NCBI GenBank assembly: GCA_903850915.1
Contig: CAINMV010000009.1
Coordinates: 64,599 to 128,598 of the forward strand
Length of the DNA stretch: 64,000 bases
Reading direction: 5' to 3'
Source: an uncultured Bacteroidota bacterium
Lineage (GTDB): Bacteria > Bacteroidota > Bacteroidia > UKL13-3
The translations under genes and the position numbers were made by a program. Shown piece by piece: positions 1 to 11,990 of this stretch. The first letter of the stretch is position 1, and every line of letters starts with the position of its first letter. The notes below the pieces were generated by a model. That model was not told the DNA's origin. It worked only from the letters and a program-made list of their open reading frames with translations, and ran no database searches.

Positions 1-582
1 ACCATGCTCGTCGCCCCATTGTTGTCCTTCTTGGCGTATGCCATCATTTAAAGTAATTATTCTGTTATAGCCTAGCCCACGAATTACAGGTTTTGAAATG
101 CCCGCCCCAGTAGTGATTTGGGCAATGCCGGGCTTCGATGTTAAAGCATCGATGATGTTTATTGAGGTTGTTTTAAACAAGGTGGCGCGATCGATAGTGG
201 TAACAGCGCTAGGCATTTTAAGTAGTTCAGTAGCTTTTGAGGAGCCTGTAACTACTACTTCCTGAGTTTCTACCACTGATGGAGAAAGGGTGAAATTAAG
301 TGTTGGGTTTTCGCAAACATTAATAAAGCTACTTATCGTTTGATACCCGAATTGTTTGATTTCGGCAAGGTATTTTCCGTTGGGCAAGTTTTCTATTTTA
401 AATTTCCCTGAAGCATCCGTTATGGTGCCTTTCTTTAAGTCGGGGAAGTAAATTGATGCGCCCGTTATAGGGCTATGGTCCTCCGAATCGCTGATTTGCC
501 CCGACCACAAGCATTGAGTGAAAGCGGGTAATGACATACCGAGTGAGGCTAAAATTGTTATTAGTGATAATTTAAATTTCAT
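1..582 (-). CDS. TonB-dependent receptor, N-terminal part (carboxypeptidase-regulatory-like and plug region); truncated by window start
   Basis: Minus-strand ORF running off the 5' edge. Translation begins MKFKLSLITILASLGMSLPAFTQ (signal peptide), then ...SGQISDSEDHSPITGASIYFPDLKKGTITDASGKFKIENLPNGKY... (CarbopepD_reg-like) and ...ATELLKMPSAVTTIDRATL...DALTSKPGI...GLGYNRI (plug-like). Confidence 0.6.
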   Translation of the reverse strand, partial: MKFKLSLITILASLGMSLPAFTQCLWSGQISDSEDHSPITGASIYFPDLKKGTITDASGKFKIENLPNGKYLAEIKQFGYQTISSFINVCENPTLNFTLSPSVVETQEVVVTGSSKATELLKMPSAVTTIDRATLFKTTSINIIDALTSKPGIAQITTGAGISKPVIRGLGYNRIITLNDGIRQEGQQWGDEHG

Positions 583-661
583 AATAAAAAAAATAATGCA
601 ATAAAAAATGAATTCACATCGCATGAAGCAAGGCGAAAAAATCAAAACAAAAAAAATAAAA

Positions 662-1000
662 TTATGAAACTGAAGGTGGCCCTTTATTGTAAATCCCACT
701 ACTTAATACCTCATTTAAAGGCAAAGTGAATTCAAAAATCAAGCTTTGATTTTGTTGAATAGAGAAGTAGGAGGTGCTTGCTGTTGAAGTATGAATCCAA
801 TTGCAATGATTGTCGCATCCAAGGCAATGCGCCTTTTTGGCATGTAAATGATATTTATGCGCGCATTTGTGCTCATTGCTAACTGTAATATTGTAAATCA
901 CATTGTCGCAATGTTCTGAAATGGTGTGATTTTTATCGCGAATCAATTCATGATCATGACCCGTATCTTTAGGCAAGAGAGCCCAAAGGTAAAGGCACAA
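662..1000 (-). CDS. small His/Cys-rich hypothetical protein (112 aa), possible metal-binding protein upstream of the TonB receptor
   Basis: ORF track only. About 11 His and 6 Cys in 112 aa (GHDHE, KYHLHAKKAHCLGCDNHC). No signal peptide; coding status uncertain. Confidence 0.25.
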   Translation of the reverse strand: MCLYLWALLPKDTGHDHELIRDKNHTISEHCDNVIYNITVSNEHKCAHKYHLHAKKAHCLGCDNHCNWIHTSTASTSYFSIQQNQSLIFEFTLPLNEVLSSGIYNKGPPSVS

Positions 1001-1109
1001 AAATAAAGGTGCGTAATATTTACGTATAGCGGTGATATTGCGAAGATATAAAAACTAGGAATAATGCACAAATGGCGCGGGCGGATACTATATTTTGAGA
1101 AGCTGATTT

Positions 1110-3095
<1,986 letters not shown>

Positions 3096-3404
3096 TTAAT
3101 ATTTGTAGGAACTTAATTTATTAATTTTATAGCACACGAAAGTACGTAAAAAAGCCTGTATTTTTAACAGTTTAGTGGATGTTTATTCTCCTTTTTTCCA
3201 CACTGCAATGCACTGAAAAACAATGCGTTGTGATGGTCGTCTGCGATTTTTAAAATAGAGTCGAAGAATATGCTTTAAAACTCGCGGTTTTTACACTTCC
3301 AAATAAAAAAAGTAAAAAATAAATTAAAATAAGACCGAGATTTTTCTTGACTTAATATTGCATCGGCAATCCATTATTTGGGCGTTTAAAACGGCTATTA
3401 ATTT

Positions 3405-3971
3405 TTACCGCACTACCCATTTCACCTCCTCTGCCTCGTGCTTAAAGGCAATAAAGCGTGCGAGTACAAAAAGGTAATCACTGAGTCTGTTAAGATATTT
3501 AATGATGTCAGCTTCCACTTCTTCTGATTCAGAGAGATGAGTGGCGCAGCGTTCAGCACGACGGCAAATACAACGTGCAACGTGTGCGAAAGAGCTTGTG
3601 ATTTGGCCTCCAGGTAAGATGAAAAACTGAAGCTCAGGCAAAATCTCGTTCATCGCATCAATTTGAGTTTCTAGCAATGCAATTTGTGCTTCCTCAATAG
3701 GTGGCAATTTCATATTGGACTTTTCCTTGTCTTCAGCTAAATGCGACCCAATAACAAAAAGGGTGTTCTGTATTTGAAATAATACGTCTCTAGAATTTCC
3801 ATCATCAAAACTATCTCGCACCACACCGATATAGGAATTAAGTTCATCTACGGTGCCATAGGCCTCAATTTTTAAATGATGTTTGGGCACGCGTGTTCCT
3901 CCTATTAAGGATGTTTCGCCTCCATCACCGGTCTTTGTATATATCTTCATTGAAATAAAATTGTAGTGCAA
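3405..3971 (-). CDS. ATP:cob(I)alamin adenosyltransferase, PduO/MMAB type
   Basis: MKIYTKTGDGGETSLIGGTRV...EAYGTVDELNSYIG motif. Likely true start at the internal Met (~3950). Confidence 0.75.
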   Translation of the reverse strand: MHYNFISMKIYTKTGDGGETSLIGGTRVPKHHLKIEAYGTVDELNSYIGVVRDSFDDGNSRDVLFQIQNTLFVIGSHLAEDKEKSNMKLPPIEEAQIALLETQIDAMNEILPELQFFILPGGQITSSFAHVARCICRRAERCATHLSESEEVEADIIKYLNRLSDYLFVLARFIAFKHEAEEVKWVVR

Positions 3972-4105
3972 AGGTAGTCATTCTGTGCATTTATGCTTAT
4001 ATATAGCCACTAAAATGAATTGTGTATAGTCTGTTTATATTTTCCATGAATTGATCTTCACATAACAGTATTTTTGTTCCTTAATCGTATATCGATTTTC
4101 TAAAT

Positions 4106-4822
4106 TTGAAAGTACAACTATTTATCCCTTGCTTTATTGATCAGTTGAAGCCGAGTATCGCCTTCGATATGATTAAAATATTGGAACGCGTTGGGGTGGA
4201 GGTTTCCTATAACCCGAACCAAACCTGCTGCGGCCAGCCTGCCTATAATGCCGGATACTGGGATGAAGCCAAGACCGTTGGGGAGAAATTCATCAAAGAA
4301 TTTGATGGTGAAAGTTATATTGTATCGCCATCTGCTTCATGTGCTGGCATGGTGCGCAATGGCTATAATCATTTGTTTCATAATACTGCATTGCATAACG
4401 AATGTAAGAATGTACAGAAAAACATTTACGAGCTTTCGGAGTTTTTAATTGACGTTTTGAAGATTGAAGATGTAGGAGCAACCTTTAATGGTAAAGCTAC
4501 CTATCATGATAGTTGCAGTGCTTTGCGCGAGTGTAATATCTTATCTCAGCCTAGAAAGCTATTATCGAATGTTCGCGGTTTGGAACTTGTTGAATTGAAG
4601 GACAATACCGTTTGTTGTGGTTTTGGGGGCACTTTCGCTGTGAAGTACGAATCTATTTCGGTGGCGATGGGTGAACAAAAAATAAACAATGCTATGGAAA
4701 CAGGCGCAGAGCTTTTGATTAGCACCGACTACAGTTGTTTACTTCATCTGGAGTCCTATGCGAAAAAACAAGGATTACCAATTCAATGTATGCATCTGGC
4801 CGAGGTATTGGCTATGCAATAG
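4106..4822 (+). CDS. (Fe-S)-binding oxidoreductase with two CCG cysteine-rich domains (LutA / GlcF / HdrD-like)
   Basis: 238 aa. CCGQPAYNAGY and CCGFGGTF motifs (duplicated CCG domain). Confidence 0.7.
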   Translation: MKVQLFIPCFIDQLKPSIAFDMIKILERVGVEVSYNPNQTCCGQPAYNAGYWDEAKTVGEKFIKEFDGESYIVSPSASCAGMVRNGYNHLFHNTALHNECKNVQKNIYELSEFLIDVLKIEDVGATFNGKATYHDSCSALRECNILSQPRKLLSNVRGLELVELKDNTVCCGFGGTFAVKYESISVAMGEQKINNAMETGAELLISTDYSCLLHLESYAKKQGLPIQCMHLAEVLAMQ

Positions 4823-4956
4823 GTGTTCGATGTTTTTTCATTATTTCGAGTTTAGTAGTTGTTAAATCTCTAGCTTTCGAGATTATATTTAGTAAACTTT
4901 TTTACTCATTTATTCATCTCAATTACTCAATTGTCCTTATTATCTTTGCTCCAATC

Positions 4957-5220
4957 ATGGATGAATTAGATTTTGAAATTTTAGATGCCATCTATTTTGT
5001 GGAGCCTTTTAATACTATTTTGAAGGAAGTTTCCGAAAAACGAATTGGTGTGGTGAAGGAATGTCTGCGAAATCTAATTCGAAAGCGTTGGGTGCAAGTA
5101 ATGGTTTGGAATGAAACTCGACAAGAAATGGCAAGTACAGCATTTTATGATTATGACAAGATGGAAGACTTTCATTTTTTAGCCACCAAAGAAGGTTTGA
5201 TGGCGCATAATAGAAAGTAA
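4957..5220 (+). CDS. hypothetical protein (~88 aa from MDELDF...)
   Basis: ORF 4735..5220 overlaps the end of the preceding gene. An internal Met start at 4957 avoids the overlap. No recognisable motif. Confidence 0.25.
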   Translation: MDELDFEILDAIYFVEPFNTILKEVSEKRIGVVKECLRNLIRKRWVQVMVWNETRQEMASTAFYDYDKMEDFHFLATKEGLMAHNRK

Positions 5221-5236
5221 ATTTAGCGTCTTCACC

Positions 5237-5707
5237 TTAATTTTCAATTAGATTTTTCTCAATTCTTACGCCAATATCGTGAATGCCTTTGAGGTGGTCG
5301 ATACGCATGTTCTGCTCTAAAGTAAATTGATATTTTCCCACTTGATTTAACTTGCTAATTCGTGGAATTCGATAACGAATAAAAAACAAATCACCTAAGC
5401 CCTTTCCTAGAGGTAATCCTTCTTTATCGAAAAGCTCGCATTCAATTCGCTCTTGTTTTTTAGTGCCATCAGGCATTATAACATTGAAAAGAAAGAAAAG
5501 GTTGCTGTAGTTATATTCTGCTTCAAAACGAACATTTACAAAAACGGAGTATGTGGTATTGGTGTCACTAATATCAACAGAAAACGAAGGATTATCCATG
5601 TAGTTCCATTCTGCTTTTTCCATGCGTAGATTTTGATCTAGCAATACGTTTTCTTTATTGCAGCTGAGGAAAAAAAGTAAGAAGAGGCAGTAAAAAGTGT
5701 TCTTCAT
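5237..5707 (-). CDS. gldH: gliding-motility lipoprotein GldH-like
   Basis: 156 aa. Lipoprotein signal (LFFLSC lipobox-like). Size and composition resemble Bacteroidetes GldH. Recognition is from memory only. Confidence 0.45.
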   Translation of the reverse strand: MKNTFYCLFLLFFLSCNKENVLLDQNLRMEKAEWNYMDNPSFSVDISDTNTTYSVFVNVRFEAEYNYSNLFFLFNVIMPDGTKKQERIECELFDKEGLPLGKGLGDLFFIRYRIPRISKLNQVGKYQFTLEQNMRIDHLKGIHDIGVRIEKNLIEN

Positions 5708-5735
5708 AAAAACGATAAAGATATTGGTTTTCTGT

Positions 5736-6116
5736 TTATTGGGTTTTGTTTAAATAACGCATATTGAGCGCTAACCATAACGACCTAGATAGCCGGAAGT
5801 TAATGGGTGCAAGCAATACAATTAAAATAACGTTCGGTAAAATCAGCGCCCACATATCCCATCCAAAGAAAAAATGAATCCAAATTAAATTAAAAAGCAC
5901 TAAACCAACAGTTATAGCATAGCTCACATACATTGAACCCCAATAAAAACCAGGTTCATTACTTTTAAAGGTAGCGCCACATTCGCTGCAATTGTCGTAC
6001 ATGTCTGCCATCTTTTTATAGTTGTATGGATTGGGCTCAACAAAGAGGTGCCCTTTGCCACATTTCGAACATCTGAATTTTAAACTTGAAACAAGGATGT
6101 TAGGTTGGTTATTCAT
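5736..6116 (-). CDS. DUF983-like membrane protein with N-terminal zinc-ribbon
   Basis: CSKCGKG...CSECG Cys4 ribbon followed by two hydrophobic helices. Confidence 0.5.
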   Translation of the reverse strand: MNNQPNILVSSLKFRCSKCGKGHLFVEPNPYNYKKMADMYDNCSECGATFKSNEPGFYWGSMYVSYAITVGLVLFNLIWIHFFFGWDMWALILPNVILIVLLAPINFRLSRSLWLALNMRYLNKTQ

Positions 6117-6128
6117 TACTTTTACTTT

Positions 6129-8525
6129 TTAGTTGATTCGTATTTCGTGTATGCTTCTTGCAGCTGATATTTTAATAATATTACGAGCTCTATTTCGTTC
6201 AGTTAGGTTGTATATTTTGCCATCTAGATTATATTCTTGAGCATGAAAAGGGATGCCATGAATAAGCAAGCGATATTTGTCGTATTCGGTGGTGAAATTA
6301 CCATTTATTGTTTGTCGGATACGTAAACTTTTTTTATTGCCTTTCACTTCAAATAGAACGACATTGAAATTTCCATTTTTATAGCCAAAATTATCTCCCG
6401 CATCTTCATAGATTCGACTTGTCCATTCGCCATCTTTATAAAATACATACAGCGTAAGTTCTTTAATTTCCTTTTCGCCTACAAATTGAATTTTAGGATA
6501 GGTTGGAATCACAGCCCCTGCTCTGATAAAGATAGGTATCTGGTCAATTGGTGTTGGGATATTTACTTCTTTACCGCCATGATAGAATTCGTTGTCCCAA
6601 TTAAAATACCATTCACCTGCAGGTAGATAAACATTCTTGTTTTCTTGGTTTTCAATTACCACAGGTGAAATCAGTAGATGATCACCAAACATAAATTCCT
6701 CGTTTCTGGCATGTGTCTCTGGGTTTTCTTGGTCTACAAAACTTAGTGGTCGCATCATCGGTGTTCCATGCTGCGCATGTTGCCAAAACGTAGTATAGAT
6801 ATAGGGAAGTAATCGATAACGCATTTCGATGAATTTTTTGTTGATGCGTTCATGTTTACTTCCAAAGCTCCACGGTTCTTGATCGAAGAGATCTTCGTTG
6901 CTAGCGCTATGGGTGCGCATAAAGCCATTAAAAACGGCCATCTGTAACCAACGTGTATATAGTTCTCCGGAAGGCTGTCCCACAAATCCACCGATGTCGC
7001 TACCGGCAAATGAAACCCCACTTACACTTAAGCGCTGTAGTTGCTGCGATGCAAGCCAAAGGTGTTCCCATGTAGCCGAATTGTCTCCAGTCCAAACGCT
7101 AGTGAACTGCTGAACTCCAGCATAACAGCTTCGTGTGATGGCAAAGGGGCGATGAGGCATAAGAAACTTCTTCAATCCATCTACGGTAGCTTTTGTCATT
7201 AGATGCCCATAAATATTATGTGCTTTGCGATGGCTGCAAGGAGAGCCGTCGTAATCATGGCGAACATCTTCTGGGAAGGTACCTATTTCAAAAACAGCGG
7301 GTTCGTTCATATCATTCCAAACACCACGAACACCAATATCTACTAATTCATCAAATAAATTAGCCCACCAAGTTCTCACTTTCGGATTTGTATAGTCAGG
7401 AAATACACATTTACCGGGCCATACATCACCTTCCATTAAGGCACCATCTGCACGTTTGCAAAAAACATCATTTGCTAAACCATCTTTATAAATAGGGTAA
7501 TCGATATCTACTTTGATGCCCGGATCAATAATTACGATGGTCTTGAAACCTTGTAATTTTAAGCTCTCCATCATAGCTTTAGGATTGGCAAAGTTCTCTT
7601 TGTGAAAAGTGAAACATCGAAATCCATCCATATAATCGATGTCTAGATATAAAGCATCACAGGGTATTTGTCGCCTCCTAAACTCTTGTGCCACTTCCAA
7701 CACTCGACCTTCGGTTAAGTAGCTCCAGCGGCATTGGTGGTAGCCTAAAGCCCATAATGGAGGTAGCTCTGGGGTTCCGGTAAGTTTGGTGTATTCTTGC
7801 GTTACTGTGAGTAATTTAGGTCCATAAATAAAATAATAATTCATTTCGCCTCCACGTGCCCAAAAACTACTAACGTTATCACGCTCATGTCCGAAGTCGA
7901 AGATGGTGCGGAAGGTGTTATCGAAGAAAATGCCATATCCTACACCATGATGTAGGCCATAATAAAAGGGTATGTTTTTGTATAGCGGGTCCGTATTTCC
8001 CCCAAAAGCATAGGCATCGGTTCCATAGTTTTCAAAGCGTTTGCCTCTCACATTAAAGGCTGTTGGTTTATCACCCAAGCCGTAAAATGCTTCGTCTGGC
8101 TGTATCTTTTTGCTTTTAAAAACTATTTTACCTCCTTTTGCCAAATAATGCATCCAATGAAAACCACTTTCGTCTTCATTTATTACAAAACCTTGAAGAT
8201 CCGTGATCGTTACCTTTAAATTGTTTTTGTTTATTCTACAATGAAGCAGTGCTGTTGAAATACGATAGTTTTCTTCTTCTTCATTCACCTGCAGCTCAAT
8301 AATTGATTCAGGATAGTTAGGTATTACCGCATAGCTAAAATCGCGTTCAAAGGTGCCTTCTGTGGCATAGCGAAATCGAATGATTCGGTCGCTCAATACT
8401 TTAATTTGAAGGATTATTTCGGAACTTGTATAGAAGTAGAATACGCTGCCTTCTCGTCTAAATTTAGTAATGTTATCTGGAAAATACTTTATCGAATATT
8501 TCGCATTCTTAGCTTCTATCTGCAT
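6129..8525 (-). CDS. glycoside hydrolase family 31 alpha-glucosidase / alpha-xylosidase
   Basis: 798 aa. GH31 catalytic-region signature GVWNDMNEP and surrounding (DIDYM, WTGDN). Confidence 0.85.
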   Translation of the reverse strand: MQIEAKNAKYSIKYFPDNITKFRREGSVFYFYTSSEIILQIKVLSDRIIRFRYATEGTFERDFSYAVIPNYPESIIELQVNEEEENYRISTALLHCRINKNNLKVTITDLQGFVINEDESGFHWMHYLAKGGKIVFKSKKIQPDEAFYGLGDKPTAFNVRGKRFENYGTDAYAFGGNTDPLYKNIPFYYGLHHGVGYGIFFDNTFRTIFDFGHERDNVSSFWARGGEMNYYFIYGPKLLTVTQEYTKLTGTPELPPLWALGYHQCRWSYLTEGRVLEVAQEFRRRQIPCDALYLDIDYMDGFRCFTFHKENFANPKAMMESLKLQGFKTIVIIDPGIKVDIDYPIYKDGLANDVFCKRADGALMEGDVWPGKCVFPDYTNPKVRTWWANLFDELVDIGVRGVWNDMNEPAVFEIGTFPEDVRHDYDGSPCSHRKAHNIYGHLMTKATVDGLKKFLMPHRPFAITRSCYAGVQQFTSVWTGDNSATWEHLWLASQQLQRLSVSGVSFAGSDIGGFVGQPSGELYTRWLQMAVFNGFMRTHSASNEDLFDQEPWSFGSKHERINKKFIEMRYRLLPYIYTTFWQHAQHGTPMMRPLSFVDQENPETHARNEEFMFGDHLLISPVVIENQENKNVYLPAGEWYFNWDNEFYHGGKEVNIPTPIDQIPIFIRAGAVIPTYPKIQFVGEKEIKELTLYVFYKDGEWTSRIYEDAGDNFGYKNGNFNVVLFEVKGNKKSLRIRQTINGNFTTEYDKYRLLIHGIPFHAQEYNLDGKIYNLTERNRARNIIKISAARSIHEIRIN

Positions 8526-8568
8526 CTTAAAAATATAAAAAAAGCGATGGCTTCAAGTATTCAAGTTT

Positions 8569-9426
8569 TTATACTTGGTAATTGTGGTGGAAATTCACCA
8601 ACTCTTTGATTGGAGACCGCAAAATCGATCCAACTTTCATGTGGTATTTGTTTTCACTTAGGTCTATGAGTATATCTTTAAAGCTATACGCTACGCTACC
8701 GATACAGTTGAAGCTGTGCTTGCTGTAGTTAGGGTAATGCGATACAAGATTTTTAAAGAAATCATCAAATGACTCCCGAACGATTCCATGGATATATTCG
8801 TATGAATCGTGTTCAGAGGCAAAGCTGCAGAAGCTAGCTAACGTTCTATTTGGGAAAGGTTTGGAATAAAGGTCAGAAAAAATCTGTTCATTATCGGTGT
8901 AGCCATATTTTTCACGAAAACTCTTGTCTAGTGTTTCAGGAAAATAGCCGCGCATAAAATCGCGTAGGAGCTTTCTGCCGATATAAGAACCGCTGCCTTC
9001 GTCGCCTAATAGGTATCCAAGTGAGTCTATATTATGAGTGATAACATAGCCGTCGTACAAACAGGTATTCGCTCCTGTACCGATTATAGCGGCAAATCCA
9101 CTTTCACGTTTTAGTAACGCTCTTGCCGCAGCGAGTAAATCGTGTGTTACTAGAATTTTTGTGTTGGGAAAGTTCTCCGCCATCGCGAGTTCTACGATAT
9201 GGTTTTTTTCGGGGGTGCTGCATCCGGCCCCATAAAAATAGATATGGGATATTTCATCAGGTTTCACCTGGTTTAATAACTGCTTTTTTAAGGATTCGGA
9301 AATCTGTTCTTTCGTCCAAAAATAGGGGTTATAACCCTCGGTTCTATATTCAGCCAAGGTTATTTTATTCTCATCGACCAGCGACCATGCTGTTTTGGTT
9401 GAGCCACCATCCGCGATTAATATCAT
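8569..9426 (-). CDS. BadF/BadG/BcrA/BcrD-type ATPase, N-acetylglucosamine kinase-like
   Basis: 285 aa. N-terminal LIADGGSTKTAW sugar-kinase/ASKHA phosphate-1 motif, GTGAN motif. Confidence 0.6.
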   Translation of the reverse strand: MILIADGGSTKTAWSLVDENKITLAEYRTEGYNPYFWTKEQISESLKKQLLNQVKPDEISHIYFYGAGCSTPEKNHIVELAMAENFPNTKILVTHDLLAAARALLKRESGFAAIIGTGANTCLYDGYVITHNIDSLGYLLGDEGSGSYIGRKLLRDFMRGYFPETLDKSFREKYGYTDNEQIFSDLYSKPFPNRTLASFCSFASEHDSYEYIHGIVRESFDDFFKNLVSHYPNYSKHSFNCIGSVAYSFKDILIDLSENKYHMKVGSILRSPIKELVNFHHNYQV

Positions 9427-9487
9427 GTTACGAAAATAGCGATTATTTTAAATTACAAAAAAGGTGATATAAATTAGGTTTTATTTT

Positions 9488-10054
9488 TTATTTGCCATTG
9501 TATTTGTTCATGGCTAGCTCTAAACCGCCTAACATAAACTCCTTTATGGCCGCGATACATTTTGGAATTCGTTCCTCAAGTTGCTTAATTTCTTCTTCAT
9601 TCCAGTTTCCGAGCACATAGTTTACCTGTTTGCCTTTTGTAAAGTTATTTCCAATTCCAAAACGAAATCTTGGGTATTTTTGAGTTCCAAGTACTTCCTG
9701 AATGTTTGAGAGACCATTATGGCCCGCATCGCTGCCACTACCTTTGATTCGGATTTCTCCGAATGGTAAGGCCAAATCGTCAACCAAGGTGAGGCTATTC
9801 ACAGTATCTATGCCGTTTTCCTTTATCCAATAGCGCAAGGCGGTACCGCTCAAATTCATATATGTTGAGGGTTTAATAATATGAACTTTTTTGCCTCGGA
9901 AGCTGCCTTCAGCATGGGCGGCCAAGCGTTCGTTTTTGAAGGTTAGCTTCAACTCCTCAGCTAGTGCATCAGCAATCAGAAATCCTATATTATGCCGAGT
10001 GAGCTCATATTCAGCGCCAATGTTCCCAAGTCCGGCAATCAAAAATTTTTGCAT
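9488..10054 (-). CDS. pth: peptidyl-tRNA hydrolase
   Basis: LIAGLGNIGAEYELTRHNIGF, 188 aa. Confidence 0.9.
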   Translation of the reverse strand: MQKFLIAGLGNIGAEYELTRHNIGFLIADALAEELKLTFKNERLAAHAEGSFRGKKVHIIKPSTYMNLSGTALRYWIKENGIDTVNSLTLVDDLALPFGEIRIKGSGSDAGHNGLSNIQEVLGTQKYPRFRFGIGNNFTKGKQVNYVLGNWNEEEIKQLEERIPKCIAAIKEFMLGGLELAMNKYNGK

Positions 10055-10098
10055 AATTTAATCTTTAAACAATTTGAAATAAGTAAACGCAGTGTTAT

Positions 10099-10506
10099 TT
10101 AATGCTGTATTTCCATGCATAGCTCTATCAACACTCCATTAGTGTTTCGGGGATGCAGAAAGGCCACCATTTTATTGTCGGCCCCAGGTTTTGGGAATCC
10201 TTTTAGAACTTCAAAACCTTCTTTAGTTAGGCGCTCTAATTCTGCTTGGAGGTCGTTTGTTTCAAAGGCAATATGATGTATCCCTTCGCCTTCTTTCTCG
10301 ATAAATTTTGCAATTGCAGAGTTGTCATCCGTAGCTTGCAACAACTCAATTTTAGTTTGATTTACCTTAAAAAAGGAGGTAATCACATTTTCGCTTTCAA
10401 CACCTTCGCTTTTGTAAGGTGGCACACCCAATAATGCAGTATAAAGTGCATTTGAAGCGTGCATTTCTTTAATAGCGATTCCAATATGTTCGATGTTTGT
10501 AAGCAT
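10099..10506 (-). CDS. mce: methylmalonyl-CoA epimerase (VOC / glyoxalase-fold)
   Basis: 135 aa. HIGIAIK...GIHHIAFE...GVLIEL pattern typical of MCE. Confidence 0.6.
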   Translation of the reverse strand: MLTNIEHIGIAIKEMHASNALYTALLGVPPYKSEGVESENVITSFFKVNQTKIELLQATDDNSAIAKFIEKEGEGIHHIAFETNDLQAELERLTKEGFEVLKGFPKPGADNKMVAFLHPRNTNGVLIELCMEIQH

Positions 10507-10523
10507 GCTGCGAAGATAAATAA

Positions 10524-11831
10524 TTAGACGGTTTTCAATTCAAAGATACTTTCATATACTTCACTCCATCCTTTCCAATCCAAGTAGTTGCTAAGGCTTT
10601 CGTTATGCCAAATGGAAATAAAGTGTCCGTTTACCTTTTGAATTTCATCAAGCATGGTTTGAATTGTTTTTATCGCTTCTTGTGACGATAGGTTTAAGTA
10701 GTTTTTTAGGCTAACGTCCATAATGCAGAAGGGATGAATTTGGAGGGCGGTCACTTCGTTTCTTTCAAGGTCGAACCATTGAAAAGGGAAGGAGGTGCCT
10801 GCTCTAAACCCAATAGTTTCGGCATAGCCTAAGCTATATTCATGGCGAATTCCTGCTTCAATTAGGCTGCGGTAAGTATTTGGTATAGTAAAGCGCAAGT
10901 AATGTTGTCGGCTATTGTAAACTTCTTTTTTTTGAATGCCTTTAAGAAGATTAATTTCTTGCTTTAAAAACATGGTCTTTTCCTTGGAGTAATAAGATGG
11001 ATGGATGCCTAATTCTACATTTTTTTTTAATTTTTGAATCACCTCAAGGAATTTAGGATTCGAAGGGTTGATGTTTTTATCGAAGTTGCTGTTTTCTGCC
11101 AAAAGTAAAAATACAAGTGTGCTTGGATTGTGTTTTTTTTGTATCGAGAGTATTTTGTCAAAGGTGTCATAGGGGTCATCTTTCGCACCCATCAATACTA
11201 AAATGCGATTTATAACTTGCTCTATTTTAAATTGCACTAAATCTCTGAGAAGACCACCGATATTTCTTTTTAGACCTTTACCGCTGTAGCAAAATGCTTG
11301 ATCAATATCAAATGTATTTATTATCTTGAAACTTTCATTTTTTATTTCGAGGGTCGGATAATATGAGGTTAATAGCAATTTGAATTCTTCAAGCCACTGA
11401 TCCACAATGGGCGTTTGAAGCACATTTAGTTTATGGAGCACGGAGTTGGTATGTAGAAATCTTCCATGCGAATCCAGAAAACATTTGCCATACTCTTCCA
11501 TGCGTGATATACAGTAAAATACTGCGCCCAAAATATCAAATGGAAGCTCGTGGTTATTGTTTTTGAAAATTGTTTTTAGTCCTTTCCATTTCCCGATTTC
11601 TCCAAAGTTTTCATGGATTGAGCTATCATTTAAAATTGAATCGGCGTAAATGTTTATGCAATTGCCTATGTGTTGGTTACTGTAGTTTATCTTGGCCATG
11701 CTTGTATTGTCAAACTCTAGTATAGAGTCTGTGATTTGAAAGTCAAGGCCCATGCGATTTTGGAACACCCAAAACAATGTATATTGCAAGCGAGAAGAGC
11801 TATGAGGACTATAGATTAGAATTTCCTTCAT
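10524..11831 (-). CDS. hypothetical protein, possibly polysaccharide-deacetylase-family
   Basis: 435 aa. N-terminal IYSPHSSSRLQYTLFWVF resembles Bacteroidetes proteins annotated polysaccharide deacetylase family. Weak recall only. Confidence 0.3.
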   Translation of the reverse strand: MKEILIYSPHSSSRLQYTLFWVFQNRMGLDFQITDSILEFDNTSMAKINYSNQHIGNCINIYADSILNDSSIHENFGEIGKWKGLKTIFKNNNHELPFDILGAVFYCISRMEEYGKCFLDSHGRFLHTNSVLHKLNVLQTPIVDQWLEEFKLLLTSYYPTLEIKNESFKIINTFDIDQAFCYSGKGLKRNIGGLLRDLVQFKIEQVINRILVLMGAKDDPYDTFDKILSIQKKHNPSTLVFLLLAENSNFDKNINPSNPKFLEVIQKLKKNVELGIHPSYYSKEKTMFLKQEINLLKGIQKKEVYNSRQHYLRFTIPNTYRSLIEAGIRHEYSLGYAETIGFRAGTSFPFQWFDLERNEVTALQIHPFCIMDVSLKNYLNLSSQEAIKTIQTMLDEIQKVNGHFISIWHNESLSNYLDWKGWSEVYESIFELKTV

Positions 11832-11990
11832 AAAGGGGCAGCAAAGCGAGGCGCAAATTATACAAATTGTGATTAAATTGAAATAATTTGTCTACCGAAG
11901 GATTTTAGCCTTCCAAAAGCATTAAATTACGTAGGGTATTCGTAAATTCGCCCAATTACAAGCATTTAATAAAGAAAGATATCGTTTATC

